Assembly (NCBI GenBank): GCA_963806855.1
Contig: CAWDYW010000001.1
Span: 1,184,001 to 1,248,000, forward strand
Direction: 5' to 3'
DNA: 64,000 bases
Origin: an uncultured Verrucomicrobiae bacterium
GTDB taxonomy: Bacteria; Chlamydiota; Chlamydiia; Chlamydiales; Rhabdochlamydiaceae
The first letter of the stretch is position 1. Every line of letters begins with the position of its first letter. Under the pieces are notes generated by a model, which was not told the DNA's origin, ran no database searches, and saw nothing but the letters and a program-made list of their open reading frames with translations. This document shows, piece after piece, positions 11,298 through 20,584 of this stretch. The position numbers and the translations under genes are program-made.

Positions 11298-11605
11298 ATA
11301 TGAAAACAGAAAAAGAGAAACTTAAAGACCTTATCCAAAGCTATTTAGAAAAAAAATCTACTTGTGAAGATTTGAATCGTTACGCTTGGGAAAAAATAGA
11401 TTATTTTTCTTCTAATGAAAATAAAATCCCTCCCTATGATGAAGAGAATGAGGGGGAATATTGGTATGCGATATGGCAGATTCAGCATTTGGCTGATTCT
11501 GAACATGAAAAGGATGGGATATTGCAAGCGGAACTTTCAAATATTATGGAGTATTTCGAAAAAAAGAAACCCCTACCAAGAAACTTCTATGGCAAACGAC
11601 CATAA
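11294..11605 (+). CDS. Probable cognate immunity protein of the Rhs toxin
   Basis: Small, acidic, low-GC ORF overlapping the toxin stop (ATGA). Confidence 0.65.
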   Translation: MNMKTEKEKLKDLIQSYLEKKSTCEDLNRYAWEKIDYFSSNENKIPPYDEENEGEYWYAIWQIQHLADSEHEKDGILQAELSNIMEYFEKKKPLPRNFYGKRP

Positions 11606-11800
11606 AGCTGCAACTCATGGAACTGAAGCTATAACGAAATTGATTCAAAAAAGGGGGTAGTCTTAACTCAATACAACCCCCTTATCGATAGCTCAACTCC
11701 GGGAACTTTGAACCCGCCCAAATTCCGATTCTTCAAGTTACTTGGGTATAAATCGACAAAAAATACGACAAAGAATAAATAGGAGGAAAAGGGGAAGCAA

Positions 11801-12148
11801 ATGGGAATTCATATTGAGACATGTAAAAATTGTATCCAGAAATGCACGCTCTGCATTGATGAATGCAGAAAATGTGTAGAAAGTTGCAAATCGGGGAAAC
11901 ATTGTGGTCCTGTAATGACAACTTGTAGAAAAATACTCAAAGAGTGCATCGAAGCATGCACAAATCATATTGAAAAATGCAAAGATCCTAATTGCATTGA
12001 GGCTTGCAAAAATTGCATAAAAGAATGTGGAGATTGCGGCGAGCAATGCAAACCTGGAAACATCCATTGCATTCAGGCATGTAAAAACTGTATCGCAAAA
12101 TGTAAGAATTGCATAGAGGCATGTAATAAATGCCTTGAAATGCCCTAA
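11801..12148 (+). CDS. Cys-rich four-helix-bundle copper-storage-like protein (Csp3/DUF326-like)
   Basis: 25 Cys in 115 aa in a CxxC/CxxxC periodicity; no signal peptide. Confidence 0.75.
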   Translation: MGIHIETCKNCIQKCTLCIDECRKCVESCKSGKHCGPVMTTCRKILKECIEACTNHIEKCKDPNCIEACKNCIKECGDCGEQCKPGNIHCIQACKNCIAKCKNCIEACNKCLEMP

Positions 12149-12165
12149 GGATAATTAGGTTTCTT

Positions 12166-12486
12166 CTATCGACGAGACTTAATCAAAAGCGCCAGAACCA
12201 GCAGCACAAGTGTGCTGATGACACTCATCAGACCTGATGGCATAAACTTGAATGAGAATAACCATCGGTAGGTGAAAAAGGCATCCAACGCGAGGGTGAT
12301 CAGCAGCGCTAAATAGGCGGGTGCCACCATCCGGCCCATCATCCCAAGCGCCGATACGAGGAGTAAAAATCCGGAGATCGATCCCACCACCACAGAGGCG
12401 GTACTATGAGCTTTGAGGTAGCCCATGATGCCTCCGGCTATGACAATCAGACCGTAAATTAATGTGACCCAAGCAGCTGCTTTCAT
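12166..12486 (-). CDS. TMEM14 family membrane protein
   Basis: YGLIVIAGGIMGYLKAHS...G, KFMPSGL; four TM segments in 106 aa. Confidence 0.85.
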   Translation of the reverse strand: MKAAAWVTLIYGLIVIAGGIMGYLKAHSTASVVVGSISGFLLLVSALGMMGRMVAPAYLALLITLALDAFFTYRWLFSFKFMPSGLMSVISTLVLLVLALLIKSRR

Positions 12487-12533
12487 ATTTTTAAAAGGTT
12501 ACCAAAAAGCAAAATTAAGGTATACTATTTGGT

Positions 12534-13466
12534 GTGCAAACAAAAATTTTGAACGAAAAAGGGATCGACCTGGCAGCTAGGCTCCTCAAGGCCGGTGAGG
12601 TGGTTGCATTCCCAACTGAGACGGTCTATGGACTGGGCGCGCCGATTTTTCAGCCGGATACGGTCGAAAAGATCTTCGCGATCAAGGGAAGAGCGCTCGA
12701 TAATCCGCTGATTGCCCATATTGCCTCTTTAGAGGATTGTGCGCAGATCGCAGGTGAGTTGCCGGAGAGTTTTTTTCGGTTGGCAGAAGCCTTTTTCCCT
12801 GGGCCGCTGACGCTAGTCGTTCGGAAAAAGGGGGCTGTTCCATCGATTGTCTCTGCAGGTTTAAATACGATCGCAATCCGGATGCCCAAACATCCGATCG
12901 CAATCGCGCTGATTAAGGCGGTCGGTCAGCCTCTAGTGGCCCCATCGGCGAATATTTCAGGGCGGCCCAGTAGCACAACGGCCGAGCATGTGATGGCCGA
13001 TTTTGAGGGGCGGATTGGAGCAGTTCTAGATGGGGGGCCTTGTCTGCACGGGATGGAATCGACGGTGATCGACCTCTGCAGTTTTGAGCAGCCGACTCTT
13101 CTGCGGTATGGTGCCCTCTCAAAAGAGGCGATCGAAGCGGTGCTGCAGCAAGAGATCGCTGTGTATACCAAGGGCCCCAAAAGTTCACCCGGCATGAAGT
13201 ACCGCCACTACGCTCCTAAAGTCCCTGTTAGGCTGTTTTTTGATCGGGAGTCCTTTGAAAAACATCCGGGCAAAAATGGGCTTGTCCTGTCGAGTCAATC
13301 TCTTGCTACTGCTCACTTTCCTCTCCAAGCCAAAACGCTCTATGCCTACTTGCGTTTGGCCGATCAAAAGGGTTATGATGAAGTTGTCGTCCTTTGCGAA
13401 AATGTAAATGACGCTACCCTTTTAAATCGGTTGGAGAAAATCACTAGTGAAAGCAATCATCATTGA
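12534..13466 (+). CDS. sua5: L-threonylcarbamoyladenylate synthase (Sua5/TsaC with C-terminal Sua5 domain)
   Basis: VAFPTETVYGLGA, KGR..DNPLI, PGPLT, APSANISG, SPGMKYRHYAP. Confidence 0.95.
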   Translation: MQTKILNEKGIDLAARLLKAGEVVAFPTETVYGLGAPIFQPDTVEKIFAIKGRALDNPLIAHIASLEDCAQIAGELPESFFRLAEAFFPGPLTLVVRKKGAVPSIVSAGLNTIAIRMPKHPIAIALIKAVGQPLVAPSANISGRPSSTTAEHVMADFEGRIGAVLDGGPCLHGMESTVIDLCSFEQPTLLRYGALSKEAIEAVLQQEIAVYTKGPKSSPGMKYRHYAPKVPVRLFFDRESFEKHPGKNGLVLSSQSLATAHFPLQAKTLYAYLRLADQKGYDEVVVLCENVNDATLLNRLEKITSESNHH

Positions 13467-14448
13467 ACAATTTGGCGGCCCAGAAGTTTTTGTCGAGCGG
13501 GACCTACCCATGCCCAAACCTAGTCGCAATGAGGTGCGGGTCAAGATCAAAGCGGCCGGCTTTAACCCAGTCGACGTCAAAATGCGCGCCGGGGGCACCT
13601 ACGATGATCAACTTCCCAAGATTTTGGGGGTCGATTTTAGCGGAGTTGTCGATGCGGTCGGTGATCCTCATGGTGAGTTTGCCGTCGGTGACCGAGTATT
13701 TGGACTAACGCGTGGGGCCTACGCAGAAAGCCTCTGTGTCACGACAAACCATATCGCCAAAATTCCCCAGAACCTCTCTTTCGAAGAAGCTGCTGTGATC
13801 CCGGTCGTCTATTTGACCGCATTTCGAGCGATGATCGGCACAGGGGTCCTGCAGCAGGATCGCCCCTTTTTTATCGCCGGGGGAAGCGGGGGAGTAGGGA
13901 CAGCTGCCATCCACCTGGCCAGAGCCTATCGCGCTGGGTCGATTTTCACGACCGCCGGCCGCCCTGAGAGCCGTGATTATTTGGTTAAGGAGCTGCAGAT
14001 CCCAAGTCGGCAGATTCTCGATTATAAAGGCCTTAGTGTGCCGCAGATGGCAAAGAAATTGATCGAGATGAATGGCGATCACCGCTTCTATTTTGCTTTC
14101 GATTGTGTCGGCGGCAAATCGAAAGAGCTTTGCTTAGAGATCGCCGATGCGGGTGGTCATGTGGCGACGATTCTCCCAGAGGATAAGGCTTTTCCCTATG
14201 GCTTGTGGGGACGAGATAGCATTTTCTGGCAGAAGAGCCTCTCCTTCCATATGATCTATTTATTCGCGGCCATCCACAAGAGCCAACTCAACCATCTGGC
14301 CAAACTCTTTGAAAAGAAAGAGCTGCCGGCGCCAAAAGTGCAAAATGTGGGTTCTCTTTCAGCCGAAACAGTCCAAAAGGCCCATCGTCTGCTCGAAGGG
14401 GGGCGAACGCTTGGAAAATTGGTTATGACTGTGTCTCATTCCAACTGA
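13447..14448 (+). CDS. NADPH:quinone oxidoreductase-like MDR family protein
   Basis: FGGPEV, AAGFNPVD, GGSGGVG, GKLV; no Zn-ligand Cys pattern. Confidence 0.88.
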   Translation: MKAIIIEQFGGPEVFVERDLPMPKPSRNEVRVKIKAAGFNPVDVKMRAGGTYDDQLPKILGVDFSGVVDAVGDPHGEFAVGDRVFGLTRGAYAESLCVTTNHIAKIPQNLSFEEAAVIPVVYLTAFRAMIGTGVLQQDRPFFIAGGSGGVGTAAIHLARAYRAGSIFTTAGRPESRDYLVKELQIPSRQILDYKGLSVPQMAKKLIEMNGDHRFYFAFDCVGGKSKELCLEIADAGGHVATILPEDKAFPYGLWGRDSIFWQKSLSFHMIYLFAAIHKSQLNHLAKLFEKKELPAPKVQNVGSLSAETVQKAHRLLEGGRTLGKLVMTVSHSN

Positions 14449-15010
14449 CCAAGACCGGAGTTTCCCGTTCATAGCCCAAAACTGAGAGGGAGGCGGTCGA
14501 GAGGAGAAAGTATTTCCCTTCCGATACCGGTTTGGTCAGCCATTTGGCTGCCAGCGCGCGCAGAAAATGGCCGCTGGAGAAAATCGCCACATCGCCCGGA
14601 ACAGATCGCGCTTTGGCAATCACCCTCATGGCTCGAGCGCTCACATCGCCGAGCGATTCCCCATTCGGGGCACCATTGTTGAAGATGACCCATTTCGGAT
14701 CGATTGCCCGGATCTCTGCATTTGTTTTTCCCTCGTAGTCGCCATAATTCCATTCGACTAGGTCAGGATCGATTTCGGCATGCTCAAAGAAGCCGGTCAG
14801 TTTGCAAGTCTCCGTTGCACGCAAGAGGGGACTGCAGATCACTTTTTTAAATTTATTGGCAGCTAGTTTTTCTTTAATCCACAGGACTTGGCTACGCCCA
14901 TTTTCGGTGAGGGGAATATCTGTGAGGCCGGTGTGCTTTTTCTGCAGCGTCCACTCGGTTTCACCGTGACGGATCAGGCAAATATTCTGATGGAGGTTCT
15001 TTTTGCTCAT
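14423..15010 (-). CDS. Histidine phosphatase (phosphoglycerate mutase family)
   Basis: LIRHGETEW, SPLLRA, EWNYGDYEG, GES; start taken at MSKKNLH. Confidence 0.9.
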   Translation of the reverse strand: MSKKNLHQNICLIRHGETEWTLQKKHTGLTDIPLTENGRSQVLWIKEKLAANKFKKVICSPLLRATETCKLTGFFEHAEIDPDLVEWNYGDYEGKTNAEIRAIDPKWVIFNNGAPNGESLGDVSARAMRVIAKARSVPGDVAIFSSGHFLRALAAKWLTKPVSEGKYFLLSTASLSVLGYERETPVLVSWNETQS

Positions 15011-15737
15011 ATAATAGCCATTTAACAAAATTATCCAAATAAATCGAGAGAGGATAATTTTGCCCCATCTGGGGGCCGATCGCTTCCACATCAAAGCACT
15101 TTGGAAGTAGAGACCGAAGAACAGCTTCCTGACGCCCGACAAAAGGCTGTGTCGATATCGCTAAACAACTGCCCGCCTTGGGAGATGTGTTTAGCCATTC
15201 GACTACCGTGCTCTCTGTATTCGGGCGGAGGGTCCCCCGTTTAGGAGAGTCAATCACCACGTGTGGGACAAGTCCGTTGAGGGGATGCCGATCGAAAAGA
15301 TAGACAAAGAGCTCGGTTTCCGTTTGCAATCCCTCTGGAATCATATCGACCCTAGGATCCAAGTCGCGTGCGCCGGTCAGTAGGACAATTTGATCAAAGC
15401 GGACCCCACGCTCCCACTCCTCATAGAGAAAGTCGAGCCGTTTTTGCATCGCATATCCCGTTGCTCCGAGGACCAAAGCGTAAGAATAATGCTCGTTTTG
15501 GGCCCGAATCGACCCAATGCACTGCAATTCCATTAACAGAGGCAGAGCCTGATCCCGCTTCTCTTCAAAGCGGCGATCCATTTCCCAGACTTCCCTTCCG
15601 GTCTGAAGCAACTCTTCGGGTGGCACATTAAAAAGAGCCAAAAGCTCCTGAGCGGCCGGCTTGAGCCTCCCATTCTCTGTTAATGACAGGGCATGGAGGG
15701 TGAAAGAAAGGAGGAGAAAAAAGAGCACTTTGCGCAT
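14961..15737 (-). CDS. Exported hypothetical protein, DUF218/YdcF-like fold
   Basis: Signal peptide MRKVLFFLLLSFTLHA; ALVLGAT, LLTGAR, TETE, RPNT, ISTQPF. Confidence 0.6.
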   Translation of the reverse strand: MRKVLFFLLLSFTLHALSLTENGRLKPAAQELLALFNVPPEELLQTGREVWEMDRRFEEKRDQALPLLMELQCIGSIRAQNEHYSYALVLGATGYAMQKRLDFLYEEWERGVRFDQIVLLTGARDLDPRVDMIPEGLQTETELFVYLFDRHPLNGLVPHVVIDSPKRGTLRPNTESTVVEWLNTSPKAGSCLAISTQPFVGRQEAVLRSLLPKCFDVEAIGPQMGQNYPLSIYLDNFVKWLLYEQKEPPSEYLPDPSR

Positions 15738-15747
15738 GATACATATT

Positions 15748-16362
15748 ATGATCAAAGTTCTATTAAAAGACACTTCTGATTTCCAAGAACTCTCTATGGC
15801 CGATTTCGAAAAGACGATGGGGATCCGCTGGCTCGATCACCTCGAGTTTCAAAGCGATCAGTTCGCCGCTAAAGCGCTCCGAAAGTCCCAAGTGGCCCTC
15901 AGGAAGAAAGAGCTATCGGTCCGAGAAAATTGGATTGGGACTTACTTCCGTAAAGAGATCTCTAAAAGTTTCATCCCCCCAGTCACCGTCCGCTGGATAA
16001 GCGATCAGATCGGTTACGGAGTCTTTGCAGAGAGCGATATTGCCTCCGGCGCTTATATTGGCGAATACACCGGCACCATCCGAAAGAGGAAATGGCTGGC
16101 CGATCGGCGCAACGACTACTGCTTTGAATATACGATCGGCGATTGGATCTATAATCCGTTCATCATCGACGCCAAAGGGCAGGGGAATTTCACCCGCTTC
16201 ATCAACCACAGCGATACCCCCAACCTCGAGCCTCTTTCAGTGTATGCAGATGGGGTCATGCATATCGTCTTTATTGCCCAAAGGCCAATTCCGAAGGGGA
16301 CTGAGCTCAGTTACCACTATGGGGACAGCTTTTGGAAAAAAAGAGCTAATTTGAAAATTTAG
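15748..16362 (+). CDS. SET-domain protein-lysine methyltransferase
   Basis: GYGVFA, IGEYTG, GNFTRFINHS, ELSYHYG..FW; start uncertain (15748 or 15796). Confidence 0.92.
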   Translation: MIKVLLKDTSDFQELSMADFEKTMGIRWLDHLEFQSDQFAAKALRKSQVALRKKELSVRENWIGTYFRKEISKSFIPPVTVRWISDQIGYGVFAESDIASGAYIGEYTGTIRKRKWLADRRNDYCFEYTIGDWIYNPFIIDAKGQGNFTRFINHSDTPNLEPLSVYADGVMHIVFIAQRPIPKGTELSYHYGDSFWKKRANLKI

Positions 16363-17572
16363 GTGTTCCGCCGTTTAAGAAAGCTTCGTGCATATCACGC
16401 ATCACCTCATCATATTGCTTTCTATTAATTTTTTTTAAAGCTTCGTTCATATCACGCATCATCTCATCATATTGCTTTCTATTAATATCATTCCAATCGT
16501 TAATAATACGATCATGCTCTGCAAATTGCTCTCTATAATATTGTTTCGAAAAGTGCTCATTAATGTTTAAGTCTAATGGTTGGGGGTTCCAGCGACAAAT
16601 ACAACTGTAGGCATAGCTCAGTTGTTCTTGTGCATAAGGACCAACCCATGCGAGTTTTTGGAGGAGAGCGTTTGCAGCTTTTTCCATTTTAGCACAGTTA
16701 TTGGTAGAAATATTAGCGCATTCAAAGATTCTTCTAGCATTCCCCAAATGATGAGATTCTTGAGGTGTTGGTACTTGCGAAATGCATCCATAGACTCTCA
16801 GAGCTTCTTGTCCGGCTTCTGTTGTAAATGCTTTTTTCAGAATCTCTTGGCCTGCTTTTAAGGCCATTAGCACTTCTGGGTTTCCGCCTTTATCTGGATG
16901 GAAAACTCTGGCTAAATTACGAAATGTAGTTTTTGTTTCTTCCCAACCTTTAGTATTGTCTACCTCCCAGAAGGGGAAATTAGCACATCGAAATAGAGCT
17001 TTTGCTTGATCGAAGGTTTCAGGCGTACCATGGTATAATATGCATGAGGAAGTTGATGTCTTAGAACCGATCCAAGAAAGTACAGAATTTATAACGTTAG
17101 TTTTATATAAAACTGTAATGATGACCCCTGCTACAACTAGATTCATAAAATGGATTTTCTCGTTGATTCGAACCACAGTTTTTAAGCAATAATCTATATA
17201 GGAAGTTCTCTCAGCATTAACTTCTTCGTTGATAGGGTTTACATATTCTGTAGGTTTGTCTTCCGCGATGACTTCAGGAGTCGACCATGGATTCAAGAGC
17301 TCTATTGATCTATTTATCGAGAGAATATAACCATCTAATTTCTTATTTGCATACCTAAGGTGGTGGGAATTGAAGACGAAAAAGTTTATCCTCGAGATAA
17401 TAAAATTAATTACGTTAAGGCAGGTGACGAGAAGGAGCTTTGGAGGATAGGCAATGATATAAGCAGGGGTAAGGATAATGAATTTGGCTGATTTTTCAAA
17501 AAATCCGCTGGAGTCATTCTTTATTGACGGTTGAGTGGGATTGGGAACAGATGGAACGTCGGTTATTGGCAT
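16346..17572 (-). CDS. J-domain-containing membrane protein, effector candidate
   Basis: FRNLARVFHPDKGGNPE (HPD motif); N-terminal hydrophobic segments; low GC. Confidence 0.7.
   Translation of the reverse strand: MPITDVPSVPNPTQPSIKNDSSGFFEKSAKFIILTPAYIIAYPPKLLLVTCLNVINFIISRINFFVFNSHHLRYANKKLDGYILSINRSIELLNPWSTPEVIAEDKPTEYVNPINEEVNAERTSYIDYCLKTVVRINEKIHFMNLVVAGVIITVLYKTNVINSVLSWIGSKTSTSSCILYHGTPETFDQAKALFRCANFPFWEVDNTKGWEETKTTFRNLARVFHPDKGGNPEVLMALKAGQEILKKAFTTEAGQEALRVYGCISQVPTPQESHHLGNARRIFECANISTNNCAKMEKAANALLQKLAWVGPYAQEQLSYAYSCICRWNPQPLDLNINEHFSKQYYREQFAEHDRIINDWNDINRKQYDEMMRDMNEALKKINRKQYDEVMRDMHEAFLNGGTPKFSN
16380..16486. repeat. 57-bp-period tandem duplication within the J-domain gene
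   Basis: Encodes INRKQYDE(M/V)MRDM(N/H)EA twice. Confidence 0.9.
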
Positions 17573-17615
17573 GAGAGAAATTATATTGAAAATTTTGATT
17601 TTTTCAATACTTTAA

Positions 17616-17640
17616 CCCTCGGCCAGATTTTGGCCGAGGG
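17616..17640. terminator. GC-rich hairpin downstream of the FKBP gene
   Basis: Perfect CCCTCGGCCA / TGGCCGAGGG stem. Confidence 0.6.
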
Positions 17641-17654
17641 CAATAGTTTTTTGA

Positions 17655-18272
17655 TTAATTAATCTTGATCAATTCCATGTCGAAGATCAGCGTTGAGTTA
17701 GGCTCGATGTAGGGCCCATAGCCATTCTCTCCGTACGCGAGGTAAGAGGGGATAACGATTTGCCATTTATCGCCAACGCGCATTTTTTTGAGCGCTTCGG
17801 TCCAACCTGGGATCACACGGCTGACTGGGAAAGTTGCGGGTGCTTCGCGATCGTAGGTGCTGTCGAAGACGTTGCCGTTGATCAGTGTGCCGCGGTAGTG
17901 GACAGTCACTTCGTCGTGCATTGAGGGGCTTTTGCCAGATCCAGATTGAAGAATTTTGTATTGGAGGCCGCTTGGAAGGGTATTCACATCTTCATCGCGC
18001 TTATTCTTTTTAAGGAACTCTTCTCCGTCGTTCTTATTTTTTTCGGCAAGCTGCTCCAAGAAGACCTTTTGCTGCTCTTGTACTTGATTTTGAAGAGCTT
18101 GTAAAATTTTTACGATCTCTTCTTTGGCTAGGGCGGGAGCCTTTTCAGCCAGAGCATCGCCAAATCCCTTGATTAACAGGCTGTGGTCGATGTCTTTAAA
18201 TTGTCCTTTGATGTTTTTGCCAGCTTCGAGGCCAATGCAATAACTCACTTTTTCTTTATTGGTGTCCATCAT
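17655..18272 (-). CDS. FKBP-type peptidyl-prolyl isomerase (FklB/Mip-like)
   Basis: SGLQYKIL, VHYRGTL..G.VFDS, VIPGWTEAL, IPSYLAYG, PNSTLIF. Confidence 0.95.
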   Translation of the reverse strand: MMDTNKEKVSYCIGLEAGKNIKGQFKDIDHSLLIKGFGDALAEKAPALAKEEIVKILQALQNQVQEQQKVFLEQLAEKNKNDGEEFLKKNKRDEDVNTLPSGLQYKILQSGSGKSPSMHDEVTVHYRGTLINGNVFDSTYDREAPATFPVSRVIPGWTEALKKMRVGDKWQIVIPSYLAYGENGYGPYIEPNSTLIFDMELIKIN

Positions 18273-18322
18273 ATCTCCTATCTGGTAGTGATTTTTACAG
18301 TCTATTCGAGTATACTGTCTAC

Positions 18323-19138
18323 ATGCAAATCAAATCTTCTAAAAAAATGAATTTACTAGAGGCCCTACAGCTGCTAGCCCCAGAGAGCTCGAAAAACACC
18401 CTACGTTCATGGATTGAGCAGGGGCGTGTATCAATCGATCAGAAAAGAGCTGAGCGAGCCAATCAAACTGTCGAAGAAGGACAAGAGGTTTCGGTCACAA
18501 CCAAGCCCAAGTTTCTTCCGCATGGACTAAAGATTGTCTACGAAGACGAAGATCTGGTGGTGATCGATAAACCCGCAGGTCTACTGAGCGTGGCAACTGA
18601 CATGGAAAAAGGGCTGACGGCGCACGGCTTGCTCAAGCACCGTTTTCACAATCCCAAAGTTTATCCGATCCATCGTCTCGACCGAGAGACCTCAGGCCTT
18701 CTCGTTTTTGCCTATACGGAAGAGGCGCGCGCAGATCTCAAAGAGCAGCTGGCCGAGCGGACGATGCATCGAGAATATCGGGCGCTCGTTCATGGTCATC
18801 CGGGCAATGGAACTTGGAAAAGTTTTTTAATGGAAGATCCGGTGATGCGGGTTCATACTTGCTCGCCTTCTGATGGGAAAGAGGCGATCACCCATTTCGA
18901 GACGATCAGGAAAGTGGGCAATCGCTCCCTTTTGAAACTCAAACTCCAGTCGGGCCGCAAACACCAAATCCGAGTCCAAGCAGCAGAGGCAGGATTTCCT
19001 GTGGTCGGCGATCAAAAATATGGCATTCCCGAGGATGAGGGAAAACAATTAGTGCTTTCGGCAGTCGAGCTCCATTTTGTCCACCCTCGCACGAAAAAGA
19101 AGATGTGTTTCTCCACCTTGGCTGCTGAGGATCGATAA
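18323..19138 (+). CDS. RluA/RluD family pseudouridine synthase
   Basis: [24 protein letters not shown]. Confidence 0.93.
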   Translation: MQIKSSKKMNLLEALQLLAPESSKNTLRSWIEQGRVSIDQKRAERANQTVEEGQEVSVTTKPKFLPHGLKIVYEDEDLVVIDKPAGLLSVATDMEKGLTAHGLLKHRFHNPKVYPIHRLDRETSGLLVFAYTEEARADLKEQLAERTMHREYRALVHGHPGNGTWKSFLMEDPVMRVHTCSPSDGKEAITHFETIRKVGNRSLLKLKLQSGRKHQIRVQAAEAGFPVVGDQKYGIPEDEGKQLVLSAVELHFVHPRTKKKMCFSTLAAEDR

Positions 19139-19866
19139 TGGAAGAAGAGCTCGTACGACTATCCAAACTGATGTCTGAGCGAGGACTCTGTTCGCGCCGG
19201 GAAGCGGACGCTTACATCGAAGCCGGAGAGGTGCTCGTCAATGGAGAAGTAGTCTCTGTTCTCGGCACAAAAGTCCCCAAATCGGTGCAGATTGCCCTCA
19301 AGCAAAGAGCCCGCGCATTTCAAAATAGCAAAGTGACCATCCTCCTCAATAAACCGGTTGGATATGTCTCGACTCAGCCTGAAAAAGGGTATACGCCAGC
19401 TATCGAGTTGATCGGCCCGGATAATCAATTTGGTGGAAAAGAGAAGCTCCATCCCAATCACCTAAGAGAACTGAGTGTCGCCGGCCGGCTCGATATTGAC
19501 TCTCGCGGCCTTTTAGTCTTTACCCAAGATGGGGTCATCACGAAGCAGATTATCGGTCCCGAGGCTGATCTTGAAAAGGAATATCTCGTCGGCGTCGAAG
19601 GGAAAATCACTCCGCAGCTGCTGGCAAAACTCTGCTTTGGACTTGTCCTAGACGATAAACCCTTAAAGCGTGCGGTAGTCGAGGAAATCGAGCCCAACCT
19701 CTTGCGTTTCATCCTCAGAGAGGGGAAGAAGAGACAAATCCGCCGCATGTGTGAACTGGTCGGCCTGCGGGTCACCAAACTCAAACGGGTCCGTGTCGGC
19801 CGGGTGATGCTAGGGAAATTGCCCGAAGGCATGTGGCGCTTCCTTGAGCCCCACGAAAAATTCTAA
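19138..19866 (+). CDS. RsuA/RluB/RluF family pseudouridine synthase
   Basis: S4 domain [33 protein letters not shown]. Confidence 0.93.
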   Translation: MEEELVRLSKLMSERGLCSRREADAYIEAGEVLVNGEVVSVLGTKVPKSVQIALKQRARAFQNSKVTILLNKPVGYVSTQPEKGYTPAIELIGPDNQFGGKEKLHPNHLRELSVAGRLDIDSRGLLVFTQDGVITKQIIGPEADLEKEYLVGVEGKITPQLLAKLCFGLVLDDKPLKRAVVEEIEPNLLRFILREGKKRQIRRMCELVGLRVTKLKRVRVGRVMLGKLPEGMWRFLEPHEKF

Positions 19867-19911
19867 GTCATTGATTCTAAATTCTTTGCTATGTATAATA
19901 GACAAAAAATA

Positions 19912-19940
19912 TTGAAGTCGTACATTATCTTATGTACAAT
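19912..19940 (+). promoter_or_regulatory. Sigma70-type promoter of hicAB with an overlapping palindromic operator
   Basis: TTGAAG-N17-TACAAT; GTACAT-N6-ATGTAC inverted repeat at 19920-19937. Confidence 0.65.
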
Positions 19941-19954
19941 AAAGGTATGATCTA

Positions 19955-20143
19955 ATGAAAAAAAGAGATCTGGAAAATGAGCTTTCTAAGTTGGGTTGGA
20001 GATTTTATGACCATAGTGGAAATCATGATATCTGGACAAATGGGAGTAAAAAAGAAGCAATCTCCAGGCACAGAGAAATAAACGAGTATACAGCGAAAAA
20101 GATATTAAAAGTCGCGAAGGAAAACCCTCCAAAAGAAAAATAA
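19955..20143 (+). CDS. hicA: HicA family toxin (type II TA)
   Basis: 62 aa basic protein, LSKLGW...GNHDIW...RHREI. Confidence 0.88.
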   Translation: MKKRDLENELSKLGWRFYDHSGNHDIWTNGSKKEAISRHREINEYTAKKILKVAKENPPKEK

Positions 20144-20155
20144 TAGAGGTAAAAG

Positions 20156-20584
20156 ATGGAATTAGAAGGAAAAGTTTGGAAAGATGGGCGTCTTTGGATA
20201 GTTGAAATTCCCTGTCTCAATGTTTCTACTCAGGGAAAAACTAGAAAAAGTGCTTTATTTATGATCCAAGATGCTGTTTTTGAACTTATGAACAGTTATT
20301 TCGGTGGATTGGATAAAAAATTCAAAATATCGATAAATGATTATAAAAAGGATGCTTTTGGATTGACTTCGAATGATAATAAACTGCTCTTATCATTTCT
20401 ATTAATACGACAGCGAGAGGAAAATGGTTTAAGCATTCGAGATGTGGCAAAGCGTCTTGAATCTAAAAATCCTAATTCGTATGCACAATATGAAAAGGGA
20501 CGGATTAATTTTTCGATCGATCAGTATGAAAAATTAATGCACGCGATCAATCCAAAACGCATAAGCATTTTACGAGTCGTTTAG
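20156..20584 (+). CDS. hicB: HicB family antitoxin with C-terminal XRE HTH
   Basis: W.VEIPCLNVSTQGKT..A; REENGLSIRDVAKRL...YAQYEKG. Confidence 0.88.
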   Translation: MELEGKVWKDGRLWIVEIPCLNVSTQGKTRKSALFMIQDAVFELMNSYFGGLDKKFKISINDYKKDAFGLTSNDNKLLLSFLLIRQREENGLSIRDVAKRLESKNPNSYAQYEKGRINFSIDQYEKLMHAINPKRISILRVV

